A DNA stretch of 64,000 nt, taken from Octopus vulgaris. Taxonomy: Eukaryota. Under the pieces are notes generated by a model. The model was not told the DNA's origin and did not search any database. It worked only from the letters and a program-made list of their open reading frames with translations. Both the position numbers and the translations under genes were made by a program. The stretch lies in contig OX597821.1 in assembly GCA_951406725.2 (NCBI GenBank), forward strand, positions 42,966,001-43,030,000, written 5' to 3'. Below, piece after piece: positions 39,555 through 54,529 of the stretch. The stretch's first letter is position 1, and every line of letters begins with the position of its first letter.

Positions 39555-41100
39555 CTGTATCTTCAGTTCCCTTATTTAGGCAGAATGGTGTACATATAAG
39601 ATTCTTGTACCTTGTAGGTATCAATAGTATTTAATATTGGTCATTCCAAGCATAGAGTTTGTAAACGGTGTTATTGAATCGAGGGTTTTTTTAAGTGACT
39701 TAAAAGTTGGGAATGTGTTTGTAAGGTCAAATCAAAAACAGGAAGAGAGGAAAAAAGAAAGGAAAAAATAAAGAAAGAAAAAAGAAAAAAGAAAGGCGGG
39801 GGTGAGATAATAAAGAAATGAAGAGAGGGAAAGTGCACTGGTTTGAGGTCAGTCAGGATAAATTGATAGAAGGAACGGGGAGGTGAGGGTGATAGAGAGA
39901 AAGACATAAGGGTGTAAAGGGTAAAGGAGTATTAGGTAGAAGGAATGGGGGGTGAGGGTGATAGAGAGAGAAAGATATGAGAGTGGAAAAAGATGAGAGG
40001 GTAAATAGTAAAGGAGTGTCAAGTATGTAGTGATAGAGTCTAAGTGAGGGGCAGAGAGCGGAGTAGTAAAATGGTGGAATGAAGAATTTGGGAATATTGG
40101 TTAGTTTACTTAGAGGAAAGGTCAGTGCTTAGTAGTAGAAGAATATATATATATAAGTGAAGATGTATACACATGCATATATTAAACATGCGTATAGATA
40201 TTTATACGCATCAACACCGACACATACAACACGTACTCATACGTATATGCATATACGCACACCCATATATACGTGTATCTGTATGTATTATCACCCCTGC
40301 ACATGCAGGTATATATACCTTGCATACATACATACACACAGACACGCACACATAGACACACAGATACCCGTACATATGTACGTACGCACATAATATAAAT
40401 ACAATTAAATGATTGGGATATTCATGTATAAAAGAGGAATTAGATAGGAATTAGGAGTTAAAATGTAGATTTATAAGGTTATTGGGATTACCTAAGGGGT
40501 ATTGTGGAAATATACCGTATGGTCATTTAGGCATTTGGATTTGTGGCAGAATTTGAATGTGTGAAAAAAGCGGTGGTTGCATGTGCTTAGTGCCTCATTA
40601 TGTTTATTTAGCAGTGTTGGAGAGTTGTACTTTATTATGTGAAGCGCCTCCTTCAGGCAAAGCTTGCAGGTTGAGCGTTGACCTCGGTAGGGAAGCCTTG
40701 AATCCAGTATGGACAATGATAAAGTATAGGGTATATTTGTATTTTTGAGATGATTTATGTGGTTGGCGAGTGTTGTAGATTTACTATGTTTATCGTATTT
40801 AAAAGAATGGAGGTGAGCGGCATATCTTAAATACTACTGGAACTTACTCACAAGGTACAAGGATCTTATATGTATACCATTCTGCCTAAATAATGGAACT
40901 GAAGATGCAATATCTCACGTCTATTTTCATTCCTCCACTTCACTATCTATTTCATATCTTATCTAGAATAACTGTTATTGAACCATTTTCTCACACCGTT
41001 TCCGATGAAGGGATATATAAAATATCCCGGAAACAGCTGTAAGACCTATTTATAAATGTTCTGAAATCTTTCACAGCCTTGGGTTTTTATCTCATTCTGT
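39555..41100 (-). mobile_element. Second PLE fragment: GIY-YIG C-terminus, 3' region and inverted terminal piece
   Basis: ORF 40492-40716 CKLCLKEALHII..LLNKHNE..STCNHR. 40850-40910 is the reverse complement of 39556-39617. Hammerhead-like motif at 40998-41045. Confidence 0.8.
40998..41045 (+). ncRNA. Hammerhead-like motif (variant core CCGAUGA)
   Basis: gttt-CCGATGA-a-gggatat(ataaa)atatccc-g-GAAAC-agct-GTA-agac. Confidence 0.6.
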
Positions 41101-41144
41101 TTATATATATATAATATGAACAATGTTTGTATAAATACATATAC

Positions 41145-41547
41145 ATATATCATTTACATGTTTTAGTCATTAGGCTACGGTTATGCTGAGGCACCGTCTT
41201 GAAGAATTTTCAGTGGAATGAATCGATCACAGTACTTACTCATTTAATCTATCGCACTTCTTTTGCCGAACCGCTTGTTCACTGGGACGTAAACACAGCA
41301 GCACCGATTGGGAAGCAAAATTCGTTGGGGAACAAAATTCTAACTAGACAACCACACACACAAGCACAAACACACTCACACACACACACAAACATACACG
41401 ACGTGCTTCTTTCAGTTTCCCTCTACCAAATCCATTCAAAAGGCTTTGGTCGGCCCAAGGCTATAGTAGAAGACACTTGTCCAGTGAGACTGAACCTGGA
41501 ACCATGTAGTTGGTAAGCAAGCTACTTACCACACAGCCACTCTTGCA

Positions 41548-41548
<1 letters not shown>
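41145..41548 (-). mobile_element. CORE-type SINE, degenerate
   Basis: Similarity to 62967-63352. Confidence 0.8.
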
Positions 41549-41605
<57 letters not shown>

Positions 41606-41688
41606 TATATATATGTACATATATATATATATATATATTTACATACATGTGTTTTCATGTTTGGATTAACTTTATATGTATATATGTA

Positions 41689-41723
<35 letters not shown>

Positions 41724-42715
41724 GTACGTTGACAGGTATATATATACACATGCTGCAAAAGTTCACACAGTCATATGCACTTAGATATAAATTGATGCAT
41801 TGTACATATACGCATGCAAATACACATATAAACATTTACACAAACATACACGCACAATCACATGTCTCTCCATTCATCAATCCATCCTTCTGTTTTATGA
41901 ACTTCCATGAAACTGTCAATTCGGCTGTCCATCCATCCGCACATCCATCCATCCATCCATCCATCCATCCATCCATCCGCACATCCATCCATCCATCCAT
42001 CCATCCATCCATCCATCCATCCATATATGTATGTATGTCTTCATATACACATGGAGGTAAATCTGTGTGTGTGTGTATTTGTGTGTATGTGTGTATGCGT
42101 GTGTGTGTTTGCATGTGCGTGCGTATCTTTCCGTATGTATGTATAAAGGTGTACACACGCATATGCATGGAGAGGGAGGAGGGGGAGGAGGAGGTGAGGA
42201 GGAGGGGGAAGAGGAATGCCACACGATGCTATATGAGAAAAAGTTTAATCAGAAAACACGATTGTTAGTCAGTTATAGAAGAAAAGCGATGTGCTTGACA
42301 TTCTAGACAACAGGCAAACATGATAATGTAACTAAGCGATGTCAGAGACGTTGAGACTCACGTTTATACACGCACTTATATACATATAGATGTATATATA
42401 TATATATATTTATATATAAATGTACACACTTTTGCATGCACACGGTTATATACAATGACAGTGGTCGGAACAATGATAGTGAAAGCTACCGTTACATGTA
42501 AACGTTCTGCTGTATTTCTAACAATTCTCTTAAACTATTTCTAATACCGTGGAATGGAGAATTTTAATTATTCGAACCTTCTCTGTCGAATTACAGGGGA
42601 TCGAGGATTCAATGACAGTAAGTGGACTCCTTTATTTATTTATTTATTTATTCATTCGTTTGTCATTTCGTTGACACCCCTCATATTCATTGATTTCGTT
42701 TTATTAACAATGCAC

Positions 42716-43042
<327 letters not shown>

Positions 43043-43479
43043 AGTTTTGTCTAGTGAATGTTTTAAAAAAAGATGGGTGAATGTAGCAAGGATGTCACGT
43101 ATGAATGACGAAGCCACCTTGACTTATGATTCTATGAACCGTAAAATTAATACATGGAGTTGCTTATTTGTAAAAAAATATAACATGTGACTTCGTTGAC
43201 CGAGGTTACCGTGGTCTTTTCCGTATGCTTTTCTTTCCACGGGTAAAACTCACCTGTCTTCCCCTTTACACTTTACATTGACATTTCTGTGATAACGATC
43301 CCTATTGATCGATTTTTTCTTTTTCTTTTTTTTTTCTTTTTTTTTGCTTTTCTTTTTCTTTCCATTTACGATCCCTTTTGATCGAAAACCAACCCACCTT
43401 TTTTTTATCTCCAAAAAGAAAAGCTCTACCTTGTAATTTGTCCCGTCTGTGTGCAGCCCTGTGTGGCTAATAAAGAAAC

Positions 43480-43577
<98 letters not shown>

Positions 43578-43614
43578 GTCTGTCTGTCTGTCTGTCTGTC
43601 TGTGTGCATGTATG

Positions 43615-43985
43615 CATTCTTTTATTCTTTTATTCTTTTACTTGTTTACTTGGAGCACCGCCTTAAAGGGTCTTTTAGTCGAAGAAATCGACCCCAGGAC
43701 TTATTCTTTGTAAGCCTAGTACTTATTCTACCGGTCCTTTTGCCGAACCGCTAAGTTACGGAGACGTAAACATAGCAACATCGGTGGGACAAACAGACAT
43801 GCGCGCGCACACACGAACACATATGACGGGCTTCTTTCAATTTCCGTTTACCAAATCCAGTCGCAAGTCTTTGTCGGCTCGAGTCTATAATAAAAGATAT
43901 TTGCTCAAGGTGCCACGCAGTTGGACAGAACCTGGAACCATGTGGTTGGGAAGCAAGCTTCTTACCACACAGTCACGCCTGCGCC
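43615..43985 (-). mobile_element. CORE-type SINE
   Basis: Similarity to 62967-63352. Confidence 0.85.
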
Positions 43986-44044
43986 TATACATATATGCCT
44001 ATCTACATAGGCGTGTATTATATTGTATTATATTTATGTTATTA

Positions 44045-44261
44045 GGCGGCAAACTGGCAAAATCGTTAGCACGACGGACAAAATGCTTAGCGACATGTCG
44101 TCCGTCTTTAGGTTCTGAGGTCAAATGTCGCCGATATCGACTTTGTGTTTCAACCTTTCGAAGACGACGAAACAAGTACCAGTCGAGCTGGGGTCAATGT
44201 AATCGGCTATCCACCCCCACCCCAAAAAAATTTCCGGCCTAGTGCCTATACTAGAAAGCAT

Positions 44262-44293
<32 letters not shown>

Positions 44294-44475
44294 TGTATGT
44301 ATGTATGTATGTATGTATGTATGTATTTGCATCAGCCCCACTACTTAACTGGTGCTTATTGACCCCAAAAGGATAAAATGCAATCGACGTCGGCGGTATT
44401 TGAACCCAGAACCTAAAAATGGGCAAAATGCCGCTAAGCATTTTGTTCGACGCGCTAACAATTCTACCAGCTCAC
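44045..44475. mobile_element. Two degenerate Deu/Nin-like SINE copies in opposite orientation
   Basis: 44045-44250 (+) and ~44335-44475 (-) resemble the 25722 element. Confidence 0.7.
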
Positions 44476-44654
44476 AGACTTACAACAACAACAACAACAT
44501 CAACAGCAACAGCAGCTATAATAATAATCCTTTCTACTAAAGGCACAAGGCTTGAAATTTTGAGTGAGGGGACTAGTAGATTATATCGACCCCAGTGTTT
44601 CTGCCAGCTCGCCGCCTTAATAATAATAATGATAATAATAATAATAATAATAAC

Positions 44655-45484
44655 TACCAGGCCAACATATTAAAGATCAGAAGCAGTCCAACGTGTCGTG
44701 TATGCAAGCAACAAAATGAAACCATTGACCATGTGGTCTCCAAGTGCAGTCTTCTAGCGCCTACAGAGTATCTCAACAGGCACGATAGAGCTGCACAATA
44801 TATTCACTGGGTAATCTGTAAAAACCTGGATTTGCCCCATGAAAAAAACTGGTGGGAACACAAACCACCCCCAGTGCTTGAAAATGACCACATCTCACTC
44901 CTCTGGAACTTCACCATTCAAACTGACAGGAAGATAGATGCAAATAGGCCAGACATCATATTGAAAAACTTCAAACAAAGAACATGCCTCCTCATTGATA
45001 TGACTGTCCCAATCGATATAAACGTGTCTGTTAAGACCTACCAAAAACTGAGCAAATATAAAGATCTTGAAATAGAAATCAGCAAAATGTGGAAGCTGAA
45101 GACTAAAACAATACCTGTTGTCATAGGTGCCCTGGGAATGATAGAAAAAGGGGCTGATAGCTACCTAACTCAGATACCAGGAAACCCAAAAATGGCAGAA
45201 GTTCAAAAGATAGTGCTCATGGGAACTGCTCATATCCTACGCAAAATACTCTCTATGTAATCTCAAGGTTTAAAACAAACATAATTTTCGGTTTAAAAAA
45301 CAAAAAACAAAAAAAAAACCTTTTTTTTTTTTTTTTAGACATTCTTTAGTACAACATCCCCACCCCCAAATATATGGCACACTAGGCATAACAACAACAT
45401 GAACTTCCAACCCTGTTGTCTCTTGAGGTCTCTGGGTGAGACTTGGAGCCAACTTGTACAAATATAAAGCAAAAGTCAAACATA

Positions 45485-45485
<1 letters not shown>
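44655..45485 (+). mobile_element. 5'-truncated RLE-type LINE (R4/Dong-like) inserted in (TAA)n
   Basis: Intact frame CRVCKQQNETIDHVVSKC, RHD, RPDII, LIDMTVP, KLSKYKDL, PVVIGALG. (TAA)n on both flanks. Confidence 0.9.
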
Positions 45486-45542
<57 letters not shown>

Positions 45543-45699
45543 CCTTTCTGCTATAGGCATAAGGGCTGAAATTTTGGTGGAGGGGCTCGTCGGGTACATA
45601 GACCCCAATGCTCAACTGGTACTTATTTCATCGACCCCGAAAGGATGAAAAGCAAAAAGAATAATGATAATACGATACCTAGTGAAAAACGTGACACCT

Positions 45700-46500
45700 C
45701 GAAAAACCATCTAAGAAACAACATGGAGAACAAAGATTAAACAATAGGAAAATTAAAACGATGCATGAGTGATACCTCAGAGAAATCAAAAGGAAAGACA
45801 AGACCAACACCTGGAGGTGGCTAAGGAAAAGTGATCTGAAAGGATGCACTGAGACATTGATATGCAGCACTCAAGAATAAGCTCTGAAAACTAATTACAC
45901 CAAGTTTCAGTGAATCGCTCCTTTGTAGGATGTGTAGCAACAAAATCGAAACAATCATACGTACTGTAAGTGAGTGTAGCCAACTGACTAGAAAGGAATA
46001 CAAAAGGAGACACGTTGACGTGGCAAAGTTTGTTCACTGAAGATCGTGTAAGAAGTATGGTCTTGAACGAACACAGAAATAGTACGAACATAAACCGGAA
46101 GGCGTCACCGACAATAGTGAAAGTAGGATCTCACGGGACTTTGCAACCCAATGTGACTCAGCGGGTGATGCCCCGAGACCGAATATTGTTGTAGTGGGTA
46201 AAAGGAAGGAAGAAACTAAGGTCATAGATACTCGCCATACCTGGGAACGCACGCGTGGGTGACAAAGAGCTGGAACAGGCTGAAAAATACAAACTACTAA
46301 AGGACAAAATTACATGAAGATATGCAATGAAGAGAGTAACTGCCATCCCAGCAGTTGCAGAGGCTCTGGGAGCACTAATAACCTGGTTTGGGAAATATGT
46401 TGGAGTAACTGGAATTGATATGAGGAGAGATCATGCTCAGAACATGCTTTGTTTGGGACAGTGAGGATTTTGCGATGGGTACTTGGTGTGGAAAGAGACC
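45700..46500 (+). mobile_element. Degenerate RLE-type LINE C-terminal fragment
   Basis: Remnants of CRMC..KIETI, YKRRH, RPNIVVV, EKYKLLK with many stops. Confidence 0.75.
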
Positions 46501-46879
46501 CAGTGAAACCTTTGACAACAGGTTGTTGTCTGCTCTTTCAGAATTAACCGGAGTGAGTAAAATCGAGGGCTCTGAGAAGTAAAATGGAAATAATAAAATA
46601 ATAATGTCGATAATGACGACGACGACGACGACCACAACAACAACAACAACAACAACAGTAGATTCAAATTTTGGCTCAAGGCCAGCAAATTCGGTGGTGG
46701 GGGGTAAGTTGATTACATTGACCCTAGTACTCAGCTGATACTTATTTTTATCGACCTTGAAAGGATGAAAGGTAAAGTCGACCTCGTTGAAATTTGAACT
46801 CAGAACAAAAGGACTGACGAAATGCTGCCAAGTATTTTGCCCGGCGTGCTAACGATTCTGCGAGATCACCACCTGAATG

Positions 46880-47520
46880 ATTCCCCCTCAGTTTAGTATT
46901 AAGGAAGGCAAAGGCAGGGCATCAGTTCAGAAATAGTAATGGAAAAATTAACCGTTTGCTCTACATGGATGATCTGAAGCTTTTTAGTAAGAATGAAAAA
47001 AAGATAGATTCCTTAATACAGACTGTAAGACTCTTCAGTAAAGGTATAGGCATAGAATTTGGCATAGATAAGTGTGCAATATTAGTCATGAGAAGGAGAC
47101 AAGTAGTCAACAGCGAAAGCATCCAATTACCAGATGGCCAGACATTATAATCGTTGAAAGGCGGAGAGAGTTATAAGTATCTAGGAGTATTAGAATCTGA
47201 CAGAGTACTAACTACAGATATGAAAACGAAAATTGAGAGGAGTACATTAGAAGGGTAAGGAAGCTAATGATGTCAAAGTTAAATGGTCCGAATCTAGTGA
47301 AGGCTGTAAATACTTGGGAAGTATCGTTACTTAGATATTCAGTATCTTTTGTAGATTGGACAAAAACTGAATTAGCAAAGCTAGACAGAAGAACTAGGAA
47401 GGAATTCAATATGAATGGAGGACTCCACCCAAGGGCAGGAGTAGCAAGATTATACCTACTTAGAAAGGAAGGTGGAAAAGGGTTAATATCAGTAGAAGAC
47501 TGTGTGGGGTTATCTATGTA
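46880..47520 (+). mobile_element. RLE-type LINE RT fragment
   Basis: LYMDDLKLF, FGIDKCA, YKYLGV, RLYLLRKEGGKGL. Confidence 0.88.
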
Positions 47521-47539
47521 GGTATTAGTAAAGAAGAAA

Positions 47540-47770
47540 GGCAGTGAGCTGGCAGAAACGTTAGCACGCCGGGCGAAATGCTTAGGAGTATTTCGTCTGT
47601 CGCTACATTCTGAGTTCAAATTCCGCCGAGGTTGACTTTGCCTTTCATCCTTTCGGGGTCGATTAAATAAGTACCAGTTACGCATTGGGGTCGATATAAT
47701 CGACTTAATCCGTTTGTCTGTCTTTATTTGTCCTCTCTGTGTTTAGCCCCTTGTGGGTAGTAAAGAAATA
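47540..47770 (+). mobile_element. Deu/Nin-like SINE with 17-bp flanking duplication
   Basis: Near-identical to the 25722 monomer. taggtattagtaaagaa at 47519-47535 and 47769-47785. Confidence 0.88.
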
Positions 47771-48080
47771 GGTATTAGTAAAGAAAATTTATTAAAAGCT
47801 GTTAGAATCACAATAATAAAAACGATTTCTTTTATTTTCCACAAGGACCGAGAACATTTAGGATAATACAAAGACAAAAGACAGCAGGAATTTACATAGA
47901 CACAAGTGTAAACAATAAAAGCAAATCTATAACAGCAATATTCCCCAACAGAAAAGTAGTAGTAACCATGGGTAATCAAGGAACCCGCAAATCTTGGATC
48001 AGCTCAACGCTCACATGCAGCTAGCCATCACTTCCCATATTTCGTCAGCTGTTATTGACCTTTCGTAAAATTCTGCATCC

Positions 48081-49700
48081 TCATCTGGGAACTGCGGCAG
48101 GCCATCGAATTAGGCAGTAAAGCCTACCTTTATCTTCGGTCCCCCGTCCACCCAAAACAGTTGAGCGAAGTGACTCTGTAAAACCGAACACATTTACTTG
48201 GCCTCGTGTCGCTTGTGCCCCTTCCGATCCGTCAAAGACTGAATTGTGGATTTGTTGCCATGTTGCGCCTCTGCTAGCCGGACCCACCGAACGGCTTTCC
48301 TTCCCCCATGTCTTAGAGCACTCGCCCTAGCCCTGACACCACAGCGTTGAAGAATTACCAGTACGTCACTCGCAGTGCCTTTCTTAAGCGCCTCCTCTAG
48401 GTTCCTAATTAGCTCTCCCTCTAGTCTAGAATTCTCAGTTGCTATTTCCTTACTAATCCTTGTCAACTCTAATGTAATCAACCTTTCCAGGGTTCAACCC
48501 CATTACTTGTTGAAGATTGCCCACGTCATCGTCCGCCTGACTAGATTTCTAATCTGGTCTCTATAAACTTTGTGCGCTGGGAAAGACTCATTCACTTTCC
48601 AGTAACCAGGTCCCTGCCTATGCAATCTGTCTAGGTCAACTGTACAAATCACAAATTTGTGATCTGTGAAGCCGACTAAATAGACGCGTGAACAAATTAT
48701 GCTATCCATACCTACTAACCTCAGAATAATCTGTCTAGATACGATCTAGACGACCCAATGCAGTTTGCCGATGTACATATTGGCGCATTGTATCCCCACC
48801 TTCTATTGGCTACTATCCGTACACAATCTAGATGTGCATCCAAATTGGCATTCTAATCACCAACTAACATAAAGACCGGAACGTCCCAAGCAAAACCTAT
48901 AGACACCCAAACAATTCTGATGACTCTGCTCTTGCCGGGGCACAGATACATACTAGTCTGAAGGTACCTCCTTTGCTACTGCTCACGTCCAGGACCATTA
49001 ACTTACCATTCGGGTCCAGGAAGATTACCGTTTTTCCGAAACAACACTGCTACTCCTGCCGTTTAGATCAATGATGCGTTGATCTCAAAGTCATCGAAAA
49101 TAGCCGTTAGAATGTGTAGGATATTCTGGTCTTACTGATAGGTATCAAATCTTGAGTTTATTGAGTTGGCACCCCTACTTCCAAGGTGATTATAGGCTAT
49201 ATTCATTTATACAACCCACTCTTAAAGCTGCTGTGTTAGGAGGAACGATGGGAAGAAGATAAGAAGCTACCTATCTTAATTTTCTTGTAAGCGATTGGGT
49301 CTCTCAAAAATTCTTTTCTGTGTGGGGTTCCATGAAGAGGTCTTGATGTAACTTGTGTGAGACCATGAGACATGGGTTCCCGGCGTCATGTTGTAAGCTT
49401 TCTCTCATTTCTCTATATCTGTTTATTGATATCCTGGCCAGTTTGAGGTCCTTTGGGACTATCACCGCTTCTTTTGTTGAAAACCTACCCTCTGTCCCTA
49501 TATCTCCACTTAGTGCTATGTTTTATGTAACATGGCAGTTCTTCTTTTTCCTTCTTACCAGTACAAAGTTGGATGTTGGAGCAATTTGTTGTTGTGGGTG
49601 GAATTGTGTCTGCTGTTTTTGTTTTGGTTGTTGTTGGGTTTGTATGCTTGTCTGTTGCTGCTGTTTTTCAAGAACTTTCTTTGTTCGTTTAATACTCAGC
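48081..49700 (-). mobile_element. Degenerate Tx1/L1 LINE fragment (ORF1 end + APE region)
   Basis: FTDHKFVIC..GPGYWKVNES and RCGVRAR parallel the ORF2 at 33493-34602. Confidence 0.8.
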
Positions 49701-49719
49701 CGTTTAGTTGAAGAGTTGG

Positions 49720-49793
<74 letters not shown>

Positions 49794-50071
49794 ACTCAAT
49801 TACTCTTAAGTCGATAACTGACAGAAATATAAACAGCTTTTAAAAACATCCAGCTTGAACTACGTTTAAAGGAAGTCATGGAAATAATAAACAACAGTAC
49901 ACCATTATCATGAGTGCTGTATAAACAAACAGGAAGTCAGATATTTGGGGACACAGTAGAGATATTAAATTATACAGCGCTACAATGCGCGCACGCGCGT
50001 ATGTGTAAGCGTGTATGAGTGCATGTGTTTGAATGCTGTATGTATGTCTATGTAGCATTGTGTGTGTATGC

Positions 50072-50712
<641 letters not shown>

Positions 50713-50759
50713 CTATAATTTACTACAAATTGCACCTTCCAATTTTGACACCAAACGTT

Positions 50760-52490
50760 TAACAGCGAATGTAATCGTTGCATCTCCACAGTATGCGCGT
50801 GGACAGTATAAGAGAGGACAGCTGTATGTTTCGACTCTTGTTGGATTCGTCATCATCAGCAGTGTATCTTATTTAAGTATCCTTGAACAAGTTGCTTAAA
50901 AACCCATTCATATTAGGGCCAGGGTACATTTGGTAGACCAATTTTCATATTTAACATTTTTATCTGGCAGCGAGATCGAACATAAGATTACAGGTTGTCA
51001 GATCGATAGAGATCTATTCTACATTATAGCAATAATACGTTCGTTTTATTGTAATTCATATTACAGTGTACAATATTATATATTCATTACGGCCAATCTT
51101 ACCAATCGGTTTTGTACAGGGTATTTAACCGGATGTTAGATAATAGCTCGGTTATGTAACACCATATGATCATCAGGGTCAGCTGGAGTGGGAAAAAAAT
51201 GTGATCACTACTCTCTGCTATTGGAGGTGAAAAAATACATACGGCTTGTACTCACAATCTGGATGTGTTTTTTGGTACCCCAAGCAACTACGAACGGCAA
51301 CGAACACTACAAAGAGTAAAAAAATAGGTCTGTTACTGAACAACTGTCACAAAGGATGTGTATTAAGTAAAGTAAGTTTGTGCAGAACTTACCACATACT
51401 TTCCTTTTCATTGTGTAATCTGGTGAACAGTATATCGTACCAGACACGAAAGGTTGTATGTTAAGGGAAATAGTGATACTAAACTCAAACAAACTGATGT
51501 TGATCCCACTTACTATTGCAATTGACATAGTATGGAAAGAGCTTGTTCTCGAAGTTTGTTTAATAATACAAACATGTGTCTAAGTTAATCGCAGACAAAA
51601 ACCGGATCACATAAAATAGCATATAGAACTGCCATGTGACTCATCGATCTACCAACTTCAATGGTTGTTTTGATAGCATCGAATTTAGGATACAGCTTTT
51701 TGTGACTGGTAGCATACAGCAAGACTAAATAATCCAACCCCAAAAAACATAAATACATTTTGTTATTCTCATCGCATACAGAAAAACGAAGTCGCTCATC
51801 CTGATATGTGGGCCACTCGTCAATGGATAACACCCCAACCATCACTTTCCTACATAAATAACTTCATGACAAACAGTATTTAACCCTTTGAATCCGCAAG
51901 AATGCTTTAGCGAGTGCGATTTCGTTTGACAATACATTTGGAAGACTCGAAAGCTAGAGACCACATAGTTTTGTGTTCAAGGCTAAAGATAACGATGTTT
52001 CTGCCAATTCCATATAGCCGCTCGACTTTGCGTCTTCCAGGGAAAAAAAATTATACATATGACACCGCTACACATACCACACATCCCATCTCCATAGGAA
52101 CACCACATTAATAATACACGCTCTCCATATTATTAATACACACTTCAAGATAACTTTGCCGGCTTCAAAGCATACCCAACCAAGGGACATAACTCCTAAA
52201 CTAATCCTTTGGCCCCCTTTTTCGTTTCACCACCTTTTTCACAGCACCCGCTGACCGGTTGTGCTAATCCACCTCCGACAATAAGGGTCAGTCACCATAT
52301 TCCCATCCACATCGACTAACTCTGATGAGCGTAAAGTTATATAATCGGGATGTTACCTAATACTCCATTGTATTCTTTACGCGAAACCGATTGGTAAGCC
52401 CAACTGTGATAGATATTTAATACTATACCCTCTCTACTGATAGATATACGAGTGCATCTTTTCCCTGACTTATGGTCTCTTAGACGACTC
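50760..52490. mobile_element. Decayed PLE region with hammerhead motifs
   Basis: Hammerhead-like cores at 50822-50862 (-) and 52319-52398 (+). The protein remnants between them are only weakly recognisable. Confidence 0.5.
52319..52398 (+). ncRNA. Hammerhead ribozyme motif with weak stem I
   Basis: CTGATGA-gcgtaaag...ctttacgc-GAAAC-cgattg-GTA-ag. Perfect 8-bp stem II. Confidence 0.65.
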
Positions 52491-52542
52491 ACGTGTATAC
52501 ACACACACAGGGTGATAGATAGATAGATGGATAGATAGATAA

Positions 52543-52592
<50 letters not shown>

Positions 52593-52593
<1 letters not shown>

Positions 52594-52753
52594 CGACGGG
52601 CTTCTTTCAGTTTCCGTCTACCAAATTTACTCACAATGCTTTAATCGGCCCGAGGCTACAGTAGATGACACTTGCCCAATGTGCCACGCAGTGAGACTGA
52701 ACCCAGAACCATGGTTGAGAAATAAGCTACTTACCACACACCACGCCTGCGCC
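52593..52753 (-). mobile_element. CORE-type SINE 5' part
   Basis: Similarity to the 62967 head. Confidence 0.8.
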
Positions 52754-53190
52754 TATGGATTAAGTTATCAAGAATTTTATTTGAACTTTCTGGTGATTGT
52801 AGTAGATCATTTGGAATTTATTGTTTCAGACGTTGCTCATTTTCATGCATCTGTTTTCCAAAAACGAAAACGAAAAACAATCACAAAGATCGCCAGAAAT
52901 AATAATGCATTTACATTACAAAACCAAAATACGGCCACCAAACGACATAACGCTAGCGAGCGACTGATGAAAGTTTAAGCCGAGATATAGTCAAGGATTG
53001 TCAAGAGATATATTATTTATTCTTTTTTAATATATTCCATTTCGTTAAAATCTATTTAAATTTGCTGCTTCCTACCTGTCAATCAAATTTATTGAATCTG
53101 TTTCTGCATTTGACCGTTATCTCCTTCAAAATCTAGACTGTCATCGTCATCGTCGTCGTCATCGTCGTGGTTATCACCATCATCATTATA

Positions 53191-53369
<179 letters not shown>

Positions 53370-53636
53370 CTAAACAGTTATTAACTTTATTGATTTTTTC
53401 CCTATCATGGTGATGCTCCAGCATGACCACAGCCGCATAGCTGAAACGAAATTGCTTCATTTCAGCAGTAATTTATCTTCTCTTTTCTTCTTTTTTTTTA
53501 AACTTTTTATTTTTATGTGCTGCTGCCCTTTTGCTGCTTTAGATTTTGACCTCTGAAAAAGTATGTCATTTATTTTCTGTTATTAACCTGTTCTTTAACT
53601 CCCACGAGCTATGGAGAATACGTTCAAACAGTTATC

Positions 53637-53746
<110 letters not shown>

Positions 53747-54529
53747 CACACACACATATATGGGTGTGCGAGTGGTACGTGGTAGAGTGTAGGCTTGAAG
53801 CGTTGAAGACTTCTTCCAATTTTTCTGAGCGTCAACTTAATGCATCTTGTTCGTTGTTTTTTAAACCTCAACTTTGAATTTTTATATTTTTGTACTTTAT
53901 ATATATATATATATGTGTGTGTATATGTATATGTATATATATAAGCAATTTTGCGGATAAACAAATTAGATGTGTTAAATATAACAGTTTGGGTATGAAA
54001 TACAAAATATGTATATATGTACACATGCAAAACGAGAGAAAGCTAAAAGGGAAGACTTTCAGACGTTGAATATTTAAGTATAGATATATAGATATTTATA
54101 TTAATAGATTCAACATACAGAGTACAAACGACAGAGAAAATTAAAGTGGAGAAAGGTATTATAAATCCAATAGCTGTTTCTGGGGGCTCGGAGATCCATC
54201 GTAATGCTGTAGCTCATCACAATATGCGGCCGTAAAAGAAAAAATTAAACATTGGTTAAATCGAGCCTTTGTCATCAAGGTAGAGTCCTTACATTTCAGA
54301 TCTATCTGCATAATTGCCTCGATATCTGCTCAACTTGACCCCTCTTATAGCCATTATTTACCCCGTGAGATTCATCCCTTGTAAAGTCATTAGAGTTTAA
54401 GATCGAACTATTCGAGCACTACTAAGTGTCTTATATACTGAAAATCTCAGGAACTCATCTGCTGACTACATATACAGCCTTAGGGCTGAAACCTATTTAA
54501 AAAGTAATATACTTTTCTAGTTGCATTTT

